From contig SHMX01000005.1 in assembly GCA_008080745.1 (NCBI GenBank), positions 31,515 through 95,514 of the forward strand: a stretch of 64,000 nt of DNA, written 5' to 3'. Below are positions 56,003 through 64,000 of this stretch, piece after piece. The stretch is from Candidatus Thorarchaeota archaeon (GTDB taxonomy: Archaea; Asgardarchaeota; Thorarchaeia; Thorarchaeales; Thorarchaeaceae). Position numbers and translations under genes: made by a program. The notes beneath the pieces are model-generated. The model was not told the origin of the DNA and did no database searches. It saw nothing but the letters and a program-made list of their open reading frames with translations. Each line of letters begins with the position of its first letter. Position 1 is the first letter of the stretch.

Positions 56003-56695
56003 TTGAAATATATCATTATTCCTACCTTAAATGAAGAAGAAAATATTGGCGAGCTGATTCATCAGATATACCAATACATGCCCCCATCAGAAACAATGGT
56101 GATTGTGGTAGATGACGATAGTACTGATTCAACTCATCAAGTAGTGAGGAATGTTTCAAAGGAATACCCCCAGGTCAAACTTATAATACGAAAAGATGAG
56201 CGTGGCTTGGGAACTGCTGTTCGAAGGGGTGCAGAAGAGGTTGGAGATGGACCTGTTGTTGTGATGGATGCTGATTTATCCCATCACCCTCGACATTTAC
56301 CATCCATGTTCAAAGCCCTTGCTCAAGGTGCAGATATTGTAGTTGGCTCCCGGTATGTAGATGGTGGTGGAATTAGGGGTTGGCCAGGAAGTAGGATTGC
56401 AGTAAGTAAGGTTGCAACCTTGATTGCTAAGATTATATTTCGTGTCCCAGCAAACGATCCCATGAGTGGGTTTGTGGGTTGTCAGTCTGCGGAAACCCTT
56501 ACAAAGGGAATTGATTATGCAGATTTTAAATTCCTGCTTGAATTAATGGTTAAAAACAGAACCCTGCATATCAGCGAGGTTCCTATCGTTTTTCAGGATC
56601 GTTTGAAAGGAAGTAGTAAACTGAAAGCAAAGACTATTGGACTATATCTATCTTTAGTGATACGACTTATGCTTGAATCCGGTTCTCAAAATTAA
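56003..56695 (+). CDS. GT2 glycosyltransferase, dolichol-phosphate mannose/glucose synthase-like
   Basis: IIIPTLNEEENI, VVDDDSTDST and DADLSHHP (DXD) are typical of the DPM1/AglD-like GT2 catalytic domain. 230 aa. Confidence 0.8.
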   Translation: MKYIIIPTLNEEENIGELIHQIYQYMPPSETMVIVVDDDSTDSTHQVVRNVSKEYPQVKLIIRKDERGLGTAVRRGAEEVGDGPVVVMDADLSHHPRHLPSMFKALAQGADIVVGSRYVDGGGIRGWPGSRIAVSKVATLIAKIIFRVPANDPMSGFVGCQSAETLTKGIDYADFKFLLELMVKNRTLHISEVPIVFQDRLKGSSKLKAKTIGLYLSLVIRLMLESGSQN

Positions 56696-56717
56696 TAGTA
56701 TAAAGGAGACTTGTTGA

Positions 56718-58802
56718 TTGGTCAAGAATTCTCGTACTTATAGAGAAATATCTCTCCTCTATATAATTAGCCTCCTACTCTCTATTGTTACGAATTTCAT
56801 AATCATAATAGTAATGCGCTTTTTTGGAAGTGAAATGTACCCGTTTTTTATTACTCTCTACATATGGATAGCCGCATATATGCTTCTCTTATCGGTTCTA
56901 CTCAGAGGAATCCGGTTTGACTATCTCTCATTTCTTTCCAATAGAAATATGTTAATTATAATATCTATATTGACGATTGGATCTCGTGCTATGTTTTTAG
57001 GCATGAATGAATTCATCTCACTTGATAGTCTTTGGTATCTGGATTTTGGAAACTTTATGGCCAATGGAAATATACCGTATTACGACTTCTATTTTCCTTA
57101 TCCACCTGTTTTTGGATATTTCATCTACCTTATCTATATCCTTGTACCTTCGGTAGATAGTTTTCGGATTCTAGCAATTTCTTTTGATGTACTTGTTGTG
57201 ATACTACTTTGGAGAGTCGTTGTGCGGAAGTCAAGCTCGTCCTGGGGCAATTTCGTTGGATTGGCATATGCAATGCTTCCGATGTCTGTCATTGAATCTG
57301 GATGGAACGGCCACTTTGAGTCAATGGTTGCATTTTTTGTTCTTCTTTCAGTATATTTTCTCTTATGTAATCGTCATGTGCTATCAGGAGTTCTTCTTGG
57401 GCTTGCTACTGCTACAAAATTATTTCCCGGACTCTTGTTACCCGTATTCGTTTTCTACTTTAGGACTTGGAGAAGTCGTATTGAATTCGTCATTTCCACT
57501 GTTATTAGTGCCCTTCTTTCATTACTCCCCTTTTTGGTTCCGATCTGGCTACGTTCAGATGATACTACTGCAACAGCTAGTTTCAACGATACATCAGGTA
57601 TAATAGAAATAATGCTGAAATCAGTATTTGACCCTACTGCACACCCTCTCATAATTACAGTTCTACTATTCACTGGAATTGGTTTTCTTATTCTTGCTAT
57701 AATAATTCAGTTTCTTCGAGATAATGATAATGATAACGTTCTCCCATATAACATAGTTTCAGGGGTGTTTGGAGTTGTACTGATTGCAATGGGTATGATT
57801 GCAGGATGGTACCCTCTCTCACTAGAATCTCGACTTGTCTATTGGAGATACCCCGCAGATGTTGGTATTGTACGGGCAATTACCGCTGGTGCAGCGGGTC
57901 TGGTAATTATTTCTATGGCTTATAGAAGATGGAAAAGGGGGGAGCTTGAATGGGTTTCAAAAGAAACACTGCTGATTCTTGTGTCTACAGTTTTGCTGCT
58001 GATGCTTTCTATGACAAGAGAGGTCTTCTATGGATGGTACCTATTATGGTCAATACCCCTTCTTTTTCTTCTGAATGACCGTCGACTTTTCCTCATGGCA
58101 ATATTAGCACTACTACTCATATATCCGAGCTATACTCATGACAATTTTAATTCCCTGGGTTATGAGGAGGAACGTATTTGGAGTGAAGAGTTCAATTCTG
58201 CCCAAGGATGGAGCAAATACATTAATAGATCAAACTCTGGAATTCCTTCTGGTGTGATAACTGCTGAAACTTATATCGATGAGTCAAGGGGACATTTTTC
58301 TATCGACACTTCTTCTGTTTCAGACGCACAAAAGTTGGATAATGTTAGCATAGTTTTCAAGAAAAATTATGCTTTTCGTGTAGAAAAAGAAACAGAATTC
58401 GTTATTCGTCTGACTTGTAGTTGGGACCCTACATTCGGACAGTATGCTGATATGTCCTTAGACTTCTTTGGAGAAGATACGCAAGGTCATGCAATCAAGG
58501 GAACTATTATTCCAATGACCAGTGCTATTACAAATCTCACAAATTTGCTTTGGCGATTTTCTTTCTCTTCTATTTTGAACTGTAACACAAGCTGCATCAT
58601 TGACGAGTTGGTACTTACTGTTTATCCTGTCAGAATGGGAGAATATCGATACTCGATTGATTATATGTATACTACCCGTGCTGGCCCTCTGAATCCGAGA
58701 TATATTTTGATTTCAATTACATTAGTTACAATTTCTTTTGCAGCATATGTGCTTTTGAATATTGAACTTCACTGGGCAGTTAGTGGGAAACGGCATTGCT
58801 AA
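56718..58802 (+). CDS. Polytopic membrane protein, candidate GT-C-fold glycosyltransferase (DUF2029/PMT-like), with ~230-aa C-terminal soluble domain
   Basis: About 12 TM helices and an early loop with acidic/aromatic residues (DSLWYLDFGNF...YYDFYFPYPP). It sits immediately downstream of the Dol-P-sugar-synthase-like gene. No WWDYG oligosaccharyltransferase motif was seen. Confidence 0.45.
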   Translation: MVKNSRTYREISLLYIISLLLSIVTNFIIIIVMRFFGSEMYPFFITLYIWIAAYMLLLSVLLRGIRFDYLSFLSNRNMLIIISILTIGSRAMFLGMNEFISLDSLWYLDFGNFMANGNIPYYDFYFPYPPVFGYFIYLIYILVPSVDSFRILAISFDVLVVILLWRVVVRKSSSSWGNFVGLAYAMLPMSVIESGWNGHFESMVAFFVLLSVYFLLCNRHVLSGVLLGLATATKLFPGLLLPVFVFYFRTWRSRIEFVISTVISALLSLLPFLVPIWLRSDDTTATASFNDTSGIIEIMLKSVFDPTAHPLIITVLLFTGIGFLILAIIIQFLRDNDNDNVLPYNIVSGVFGVVLIAMGMIAGWYPLSLESRLVYWRYPADVGIVRAITAGAAGLVIISMAYRRWKRGELEWVSKETLLILVSTVLLLMLSMTREVFYGWYLLWSIPLLFLLNDRRLFLMAILALLLIYPSYTHDNFNSLGYEEERIWSEEFNSAQGWSKYINRSNSGIPSGVITAETYIDESRGHFSIDTSSVSDAQKLDNVSIVFKKNYAFRVEKETEFVIRLTCSWDPTFGQYADMSLDFFGEDTQGHAIKGTIIPMTSAITNLTNLLWRFSFSSILNCNTSCIIDELVLTVYPVRMGEYRYSIDYMYTTRAGPLNPRYILISITLVTISFAAYVLLNIELHWAVSGKRHC

Positions 58803-60153
58803 TGACAAAACTGCAATCATTATTTTCTCACTAACAAATATGTTATATGTGGTAGGCGTTCTACTTAGTCTGGTTACTAAATTGAGCGATTCGAGAAAAA
58901 CCAACCGGATAGTTGCTTTTGTTGAGCATTATCCACCGTTTTTAGGGTCTGATCGCTCAATATTTGAATTAGCAAAGCGAGTCGCCAAAAAGGGGAGAAG
59001 AATTCACTTTGTTGCAACACAACCACTGAGATATCTAGTAGGTCAGAGACCTCCTGACTGGGAATACACAAAAAACTGGGAGGGCCCGGTTCCCAAGACC
59101 CATAAGAATATCTCTGCAAAGTACCTCTTATCAAGAAAATCTCTTCTGTCTGCCTGGAGAATATTTCCTCCTCTCGCATTACTTCTGACATTGCTTACTT
59201 TCACCATATCTTCGATACGGGAGATTAATCGTTTCAAACCCGATGTAATTGTTGTTGCTCATGCATCTCCTATTGTTGGCATTGTTGGAACACTTGCTGG
59301 AAAGCTCACAGGCCGTCCGATAGTTATGGGATGTCCTGACTGGATGACTGCATACGGTGCAGAACTAATCAAAGGTGAATTGAATGCACTCGGACGGGTC
59401 TTTCTCCATCTTATAGAGATGACTTTATACAAGTGGTCTGATCGCATATTTGCTGCTACTACTTTTCTAAAACGTCTGTTGATTCAACATGAAATTGAAC
59501 CATCCAAAATAACAGTGATACCCAATGGTGTTGACGCAAGACAATTCAATCCTGATGTAGATTCTAGTGAAATCAAGTCGCAATACGGTCTAATGGATAA
59601 GTCTGTTGTAATCTTTTCAGGACATCTTGAGGAGTGGGCTGGTGTTTCCGTTGTTTACCATCTGGCCGAACGACTTCATCGTGAAGTTCCCAATGCACGA
59701 ATTTTACTGGTGGGTGCAGGAGTGAAGCTCAATCTCCTTTTTGATAGACTCTCAGAAAATGGATTGTCTGAAGTGGTAATTTATGCTGGACTTCATCCTC
59801 ATGAGGCGATTCCAAAATTCACGGCTGCGTCAGATGTAGCTCTCTGTATCTTTCCTGACACTGCAGTATCCCATGCTGCCTCTCCTCTAAAATTGTTTGA
59901 ATATATGGGCTCTGGCAATGCAATCGTTGCGACACGAGTTGCTGGAACTGCAGAAATATTGCGTGATGATGTAGGAATGCTTGTACCCCCTGGTGATACT
60001 GATGCAATATGCGACGCCACCATACATCTCTTCCTTGACTCAACCCTTCGGAAGAAATTAGGGGATCACGCAAGAGAACTTGTTGAACAAAAGTATTCTT
60101 GGACTCTTTTAGCAGACCAATTTTTGGCTTTATGTGATACCACTATTTCCTAA
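58762..60153 (+). CDS. GT4-family glycosyltransferase with N-terminal TM segment (true start probably downstream of 58802)
   Basis: C-terminal GT4 block FEYMGSGNAIVATRVAGTAEILRDDVGMLVPPGD and the EX7E region. The 5' end overlaps the preceding gene. Confidence 0.7.
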   Translation: MNFTGQLVGNGIANDKTAIIIFSLTNMLYVVGVLLSLVTKLSDSRKTNRIVAFVEHYPPFLGSDRSIFELAKRVAKKGRRIHFVATQPLRYLVGQRPPDWEYTKNWEGPVPKTHKNISAKYLLSRKSLLSAWRIFPPLALLLTLLTFTISSIREINRFKPDVIVVAHASPIVGIVGTLAGKLTGRPIVMGCPDWMTAYGAELIKGELNALGRVFLHLIEMTLYKWSDRIFAATTFLKRLLIQHEIEPSKITVIPNGVDARQFNPDVDSSEIKSQYGLMDKSVVIFSGHLEEWAGVSVVYHLAERLHREVPNARILLVGAGVKLNLLFDRLSENGLSEVVIYAGLHPHEAIPKFTAASDVALCIFPDTAVSHAASPLKLFEYMGSGNAIVATRVAGTAEILRDDVGMLVPPGDTDAICDATIHLFLDSTLRKKLGDHARELVEQKYSWTLLADQFLALCDTTIS

Positions 60154-61363
60154 GTGTTATACGATAATTAATCAAAGTCTGTTTTGCACCTTGAATCCAC
60201 GATTGACTCTTCGCACATTGTTTATGAGTATCCCCCATTTTCTTGGCAGTTTCTGGATTTCCAATAATATAATCTATCTTCTCAGCAAGGTCCTTAGCAT
60301 CTCTAGACCTAAAGGTAACAACACTACTATCTAGTGATTCTTGATTATGATATCCTACATCAGATGCTAATATTGGTGTTCCATATCCTGCGAAATTATG
60401 AATTGGACCACTCGCGCCGACACTCTCAGTGTATGGTACAAGAATTATCGAAGCGGCTGAGAAATATTTTGGAATATCTTTGTCTTGGATATATCCTGAA
60501 TCAATGCGAATATTTTCTTCAAGCGAATATTTCTTTACTATGGTTTTGGTATCCTCCAGATATCTTTCTCCTTCAGCTCCTACTGGCTTTCCTGCAATTA
60601 ACAAGAGAATATCAGGATATCGGTTAGAGAGAAGATTTATTGCTTCTATTGCCTGCTCCAGTCCTTTCCCCGGCTTAATGAATCCGAAAACAAGCACAAT
60701 TCTTCTATCGTTTAGACCGAGTTGTGATTTTGCCTCGTCCGGTTCTATCACCTTTTCTACCTTACTACACGGATGTGGAATCTCTAAGATTTTACTTTCA
60801 GGTATTCCATATTCCTTCAAAAAAACTCGTTTCAGTTCAGAGTTTAAACATACGGTACTCAATTGAATGGTATTTGTTCCCAAATCAAGTAATTTCATAT
60901 AGATACTGAAGAATACTTCCGCAAAAGGGGCAAACACTCCAAGTCTTGGATAAGTTCTAACTCGTCGTTGGACTTGATCTTTCATCCAAGTACTATGAGA
61001 AGTCACAGTCGTCCTAATCCCACATAATTGCAGTAAAACTAAAAGAATTAGCATTACTTCTCCAAACATACCCCCATAGATTAGCTTGTCTGGTCCAAAT
61101 TGCACATGAACAAGATGTGGATTTATCTCTCTAATTTTTCTAAGCAGTGTTAGAGGATATGTCACATCTCTTCCATTCCATATTGGAACTGTGTGTACTC
61201 TCCCTCCCATTTCTGGGAGTGGATTTGCTTCTTTGCCCGTGATAGCAAATATCTCGATGTTTGCAATTTCAACCAATTTGTTAATCAGTTTTACAGTGTA
61301 TGTTGATTCCCCTGTCTTTTGGGGTGGTAATGGAGAGATAATTACTAGTCGAAACATCATCAT
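60143..61363 (-). CDS. GT4-family glycosyltransferase
   Basis: Glyco_trans_4-like N-terminus and C-terminal LLIAGKPVGAEGERYLED...ILVPYTESVGASGPIHNFAGYGTPILASDVGY. Confidence 0.7.
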   Translation of the reverse strand: MMMFRLVIISPLPPQKTGESTYTVKLINKLVEIANIEIFAITGKEANPLPEMGGRVHTVPIWNGRDVTYPLTLLRKIREINPHLVHVQFGPDKLIYGGMFGEVMLILLVLLQLCGIRTTVTSHSTWMKDQVQRRVRTYPRLGVFAPFAEVFFSIYMKLLDLGTNTIQLSTVCLNSELKRVFLKEYGIPESKILEIPHPCSKVEKVIEPDEAKSQLGLNDRRIVLVFGFIKPGKGLEQAIEAINLLSNRYPDILLLIAGKPVGAEGERYLEDTKTIVKKYSLEENIRIDSGYIQDKDIPKYFSAASIILVPYTESVGASGPIHNFAGYGTPILASDVGYHNQESLDSSVVTFRSRDAKDLAEKIDYIIGNPETAKKMGDTHKQCAKSQSWIQGAKQTLINYRITLRK

Positions 61364-61455
61364 GATTTGTCATATATATACATCTATAGGATTTCCGGTA
61401 GATTGATTTAGTCTATAGAATTGCATTTCCATGCAATAGTTATGTCTGATGGCCA

Positions 61456-63027
61456 TTGAGTAATGTGGGAGATGCGAGTATGACAACCGATACAATCAGT
61501 GTAGCAAGAGGCACGACCGCCTTTTTTGGCCAGTCCGTTATATCGGGTTTCCTCCGAATACTGAACATTATGATTCTAACCAGATTGCTTTTTCAGGATC
61601 AAATTGGACAGATTGCTCTTATTGGTATCATCTATGGGTTTATGCAATTTCTGGGTGCTCTAGGGTTCAATCATGCTGCCCCATTGGTTGTAGCAGAGGC
61701 TGAAGAGCGTGGAAAACTCGGTATCATTCGTATCTTCTTATCAAGATCACTTGGCTTGATATTATTAAGCTCAATATTCCTAATTGCATTGCTATATTAT
61801 TTCAGTCCTATTTTGATAATTAATGGGTTATTGTCTGAACGTACTCTACAAATACTATTACTAATTGGGCTATTTTCATCCTTAGAGGTGTTTTTGGATT
61901 CGTTTCTCTTAGCACGCTATTCCGTTCGTAATCTAACAATTGGACGGATAATATTTGATACGACAAGAGTTCTCTTGAGTGTAGTATTAGTTCTTACAGG
62001 ATTTGGTGTTGCTGGTGTCGCATTAGGCTGGCTCTTTGCAGAAATATTCGCAGTATTTTTCTATGGAGCTTTTGCAAAACGTGGAATGCCCTCCGATTCA
62101 GAATCAACTATAGAATTTCGTCCTATTATCGTCTTCGCATTGTCAAGTTTGTTATTTCAGGCAATAGATGTAGCAATCCAGAATACTGATCGTTTGATTC
62201 TCCTATATCAGACCGACCTAGTAGCTTTGGGTGTATATGACGTTATGCTCTCAATACTCTTCATGATGAGTTTCGTGTCATTGGCTATCTCCACTTCTCT
62301 TTATCCGATTTTTACCAAAGTACGTGTTTCATCAGATATGGGTGAACAAAATCGTCTTGGCAATGCCACTGGATATACGATTCGATACATTCTGATACTT
62401 TTGATTCCCCTTGCTGTGATTGCAGCCATCAATCCTAATGCAATTCTTACACATGTATTTAGTTCCGCTTATGCAAACTATCCCAATGCATGTTTTGCAT
62501 TCTCTATTCTGGTACTATCGTATGTAGCATGGGGTGTAGTATATGCTCTCCATATTATTCTAAGATCTCTTGGGGAGGCGATATTTTTCGTCATTTCAGG
62601 TCTTGTTGTATTTTTCTTTGAGATATTTGGTGCTTGGTATCTCACATCCTGGTTTGGTTTACTCGGTTCAGCGCTGATTCGTGCTTGCTATATCCATCTA
62701 CTTCTTGTAACTGCATTATGGCGATTAGGTCAGAAGCAGGTCAGTATCAAAATCAATTTATCCAAACGGATTCTAAGGATTATTTTTCCTTCTATTCTCG
62801 CAGGGATACTGGTGTATTGGTCGAACCCGAAATCCCTCTTAGAACTTGGATTATCTGGGATTGTATCACTATTTCTCTATTTCGTGATTTTGCTGTTTTC
62901 TCGAGAAATGATTCCATTCGATATCAGAGTGGCCCGTGCAATATTTCCTTCATATTTTAATAGTCTAATTGATTGGATTGAAGCCAAATTCCTAGATACT
63001 GAACTGATCGAAATCTATGGTTCCTAA
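61456..63027 (+). CDS. Polysaccharide biosynthesis protein/oligosaccharide flippase (MOP superfamily, Wzx-like)
   Basis: 523 aa with about 14 TM helices and the N-terminal region typical of Wzx/RfbX (FFGQSVISGFLRILNIMILTRLL). Confidence 0.65.
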   Translation: MSNVGDASMTTDTISVARGTTAFFGQSVISGFLRILNIMILTRLLFQDQIGQIALIGIIYGFMQFLGALGFNHAAPLVVAEAEERGKLGIIRIFLSRSLGLILLSSIFLIALLYYFSPILIINGLLSERTLQILLLIGLFSSLEVFLDSFLLARYSVRNLTIGRIIFDTTRVLLSVVLVLTGFGVAGVALGWLFAEIFAVFFYGAFAKRGMPSDSESTIEFRPIIVFALSSLLFQAIDVAIQNTDRLILLYQTDLVALGVYDVMLSILFMMSFVSLAISTSLYPIFTKVRVSSDMGEQNRLGNATGYTIRYILILLIPLAVIAAINPNAILTHVFSSAYANYPNACFAFSILVLSYVAWGVVYALHIILRSLGEAIFFVISGLVVFFFEIFGAWYLTSWFGLLGSALIRACYIHLLLVTALWRLGQKQVSIKINLSKRILRIIFPSILAGILVYWSNPKSLLELGLSGIVSLFLYFVILLFSREMIPFDIRVARAIFPSYFNSLIDWIEAKFLDTELIEIYGS

Positions 63028-63051
63028 TTGTGTTCAACTATGACAGATATC

Positions 63052-64000
63052 TTAATTGGTAGTGTTTTGAATCATTTCTACAAATCTATCCACTACCGAT
63101 TCCCAACTTAGATTCTTTTCGACACACCTTCTTGCACAACTTTTCATACTATTGATTCTATCTGGTTCCTCTCTCCATATTCTATGGAATTCTACTAAAC
63201 CTTCAGCCAAGAGTTTCGCACTATTAGGCTTTACAATAAAACCAAATTGCTCACTCATAAAAGACCGAGGACCGGGAATATCGGTTGTTAGAACAGGTAC
63301 ACCTGAGGATAAAGCTTCAACTGCTACAAGCCCAAATGTTTCCCGTCTTGATGGCATCAGAAAAAGATCTGATTTTCTATAATTTTCGAGCAATTCATCT
63401 TCTGTTACATATCCCAAGTATTCAATATAATCCTTTGAAGATGCATATTTCTTTACTAATCCCAAGAGTGGCCCAGCACCTATTATCCGACAGATAATAT
63501 CATCAATCACACAATTATACTTGTGTTCAATATACTCCAGGGCTTGAAGTAATAGATCAATACCCTTCTGCCTATCCAATCTGCCTACGAACAATAATCT
63601 TAGTTTTTGGCTTGGATTGAAATCATCTTGAGACGGATGAAATCTATCTATATCCACACCATTTGGTATGAGGTACACATTTCTCATGCCCCAATGTTGA
63701 TACGTTCTAAAATCTTCTTGATTTAGTACATGATACGTGTCGAATGCCTTTAGAAGAGGTCTTGAAACCAAACGAATGTACAGATTGTGCAATAGATTAT
63801 CTTGAAACATACATGCGTGTTGTGCGCTAATTATTGGTCTATTGCAAGAGGCAATCTTTGCAGCAAATACCTGAAAATCCTGCAAAAAATAGGCATTGAG
63901 AAAATATGTTACATCAAAATTATTCATTTGATGAGATAGATCTTGTAATGCTGTCGGTTTGAGAATTGGTGTATTCACCAGATTTGAAATATTATATGTT
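63052..64000 (-). CDS. GT4-family glycosyltransferase, partial (5' end beyond window end)
   Basis: LLFVGRLDRQKGIDLLLQA and ETFGLVAVEALSSGVPVLTTDIPG. The reading frame stays open to position 64000 upstream of the listed first codon. Confidence 0.7.
   Translation of the reverse strand, partial: TYNISNLVNTPILKPTALQDLSHQMNNFDVTYFLNAYFLQDFQVFAAKIASCNRPIISAQHACMFQDNLLHNLYIRLVSRPLLKAFDTYHVLNQEDFRTYQHWGMRNVYLIPNGVDIDRFHPSQDDFNPSQKLRLLFVGRLDRQKGIDLLLQALEYIEHKYNCVIDDIICRIIGAGPLLGLVKKYASSKDYIEYLGYVTEDELLENYRKSDLFLMPSRRETFGLVAVEALSSGVPVLTTDIPGPRSFMSEQFGFIVKPNSAKLLAEGLVEFHRIWREEPDRINSMKSCARRCVEKNLSWESVVDRFVEMIQNTTN

Noticed and set aside
58762-58802. 41-nt overlap between the GT-C-like gene and the following GT4 gene
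   Set aside because: Probably an artefact of the longest-ORF start choice. The GT4 likely starts at a downstream Met after its first TM segment, so this is not a programmed frameshift.
1-64000. CRISPR arrays, tRNA/rRNA genes, transposases/integrases
   Set aside because: I scanned intergenic spacers (all under 1 kb) for regularly spaced direct repeats and for tRNA T-loop-like GTTCRANYC in non-coding DNA, and found none. The only GGTTCGAA-type hits are inside leuS coding sequence. No protein shows transposase or integrase motifs.

Overview
This window reads as a coding-dense archaeal chromosomal segment with about 60 CDS and only short intergenic spacers. I found no rRNA, tRNA, CRISPR array or transposase/integrase genes. 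The archaeal origin is supported by an archaeal/eukaryotic-type leucyl-tRNA synthetase, tungsten-type aldehyde:ferredoxin oxidoreductases (AOR), an Mvh-type [NiFe] hydrogenase, a dolichol-phosphate-mannose-synthase-like GT2 and AT-rich TATA-like upstream regions. Two Ras-superfamily small GTPases suggest an Asgard-like lineage, but that is inference only.

Content from start to end:
- 1-12.1 kb: two paralogous 'small GTPase + ~290-aa Cys/His-rich partner + methyltransferase' gene strings, with secreted proteins nearby.
- 12.5-15.4 kb: leuS, followed by a TsaA/TrmO-like gene, a MerR/GyrI-like pair and a GlcD/GlcF-like FAD-oxidase/CCG Fe-S cluster.
- 24.1-29.2 kb: DUF362, a TauE-like permease and an mvhD-mvhG-mvhA operon whose large subunit lacks the C-terminal Ni-binding motif.
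- 29.9-44.1 kb: two ferredoxin-AOR modules, one in an apparent operon with a MoaD-like protein and a cyclic amidohydrolase. Also here are a PfkB kinase, a 922-aa tandem Ig-like surface protein, an M24 peptidase and a PreA-like flavoprotein.
- 44.3-54.0 kb: a 3-PAS histidine kinase, an MtaD-like deaminase, an ABC-2 exporter, purB, a degenerate ATCase/OTCase-fold protein and a PflX-type radical SAM protein.
- 54.0-64.0 kb: NYN and HypC genes, then a glycosylation cluster (sugar nucleotidyltransferase, DPM-synthase-like GT2, GT-C-like membrane protein, three GT4s and a flippase).

The most interesting candidate for a new system is the duplicated GTPase-partner-methyltransferase arrangement. One copy carries an ICMT-family (Ras-processing-type) methyltransferase.
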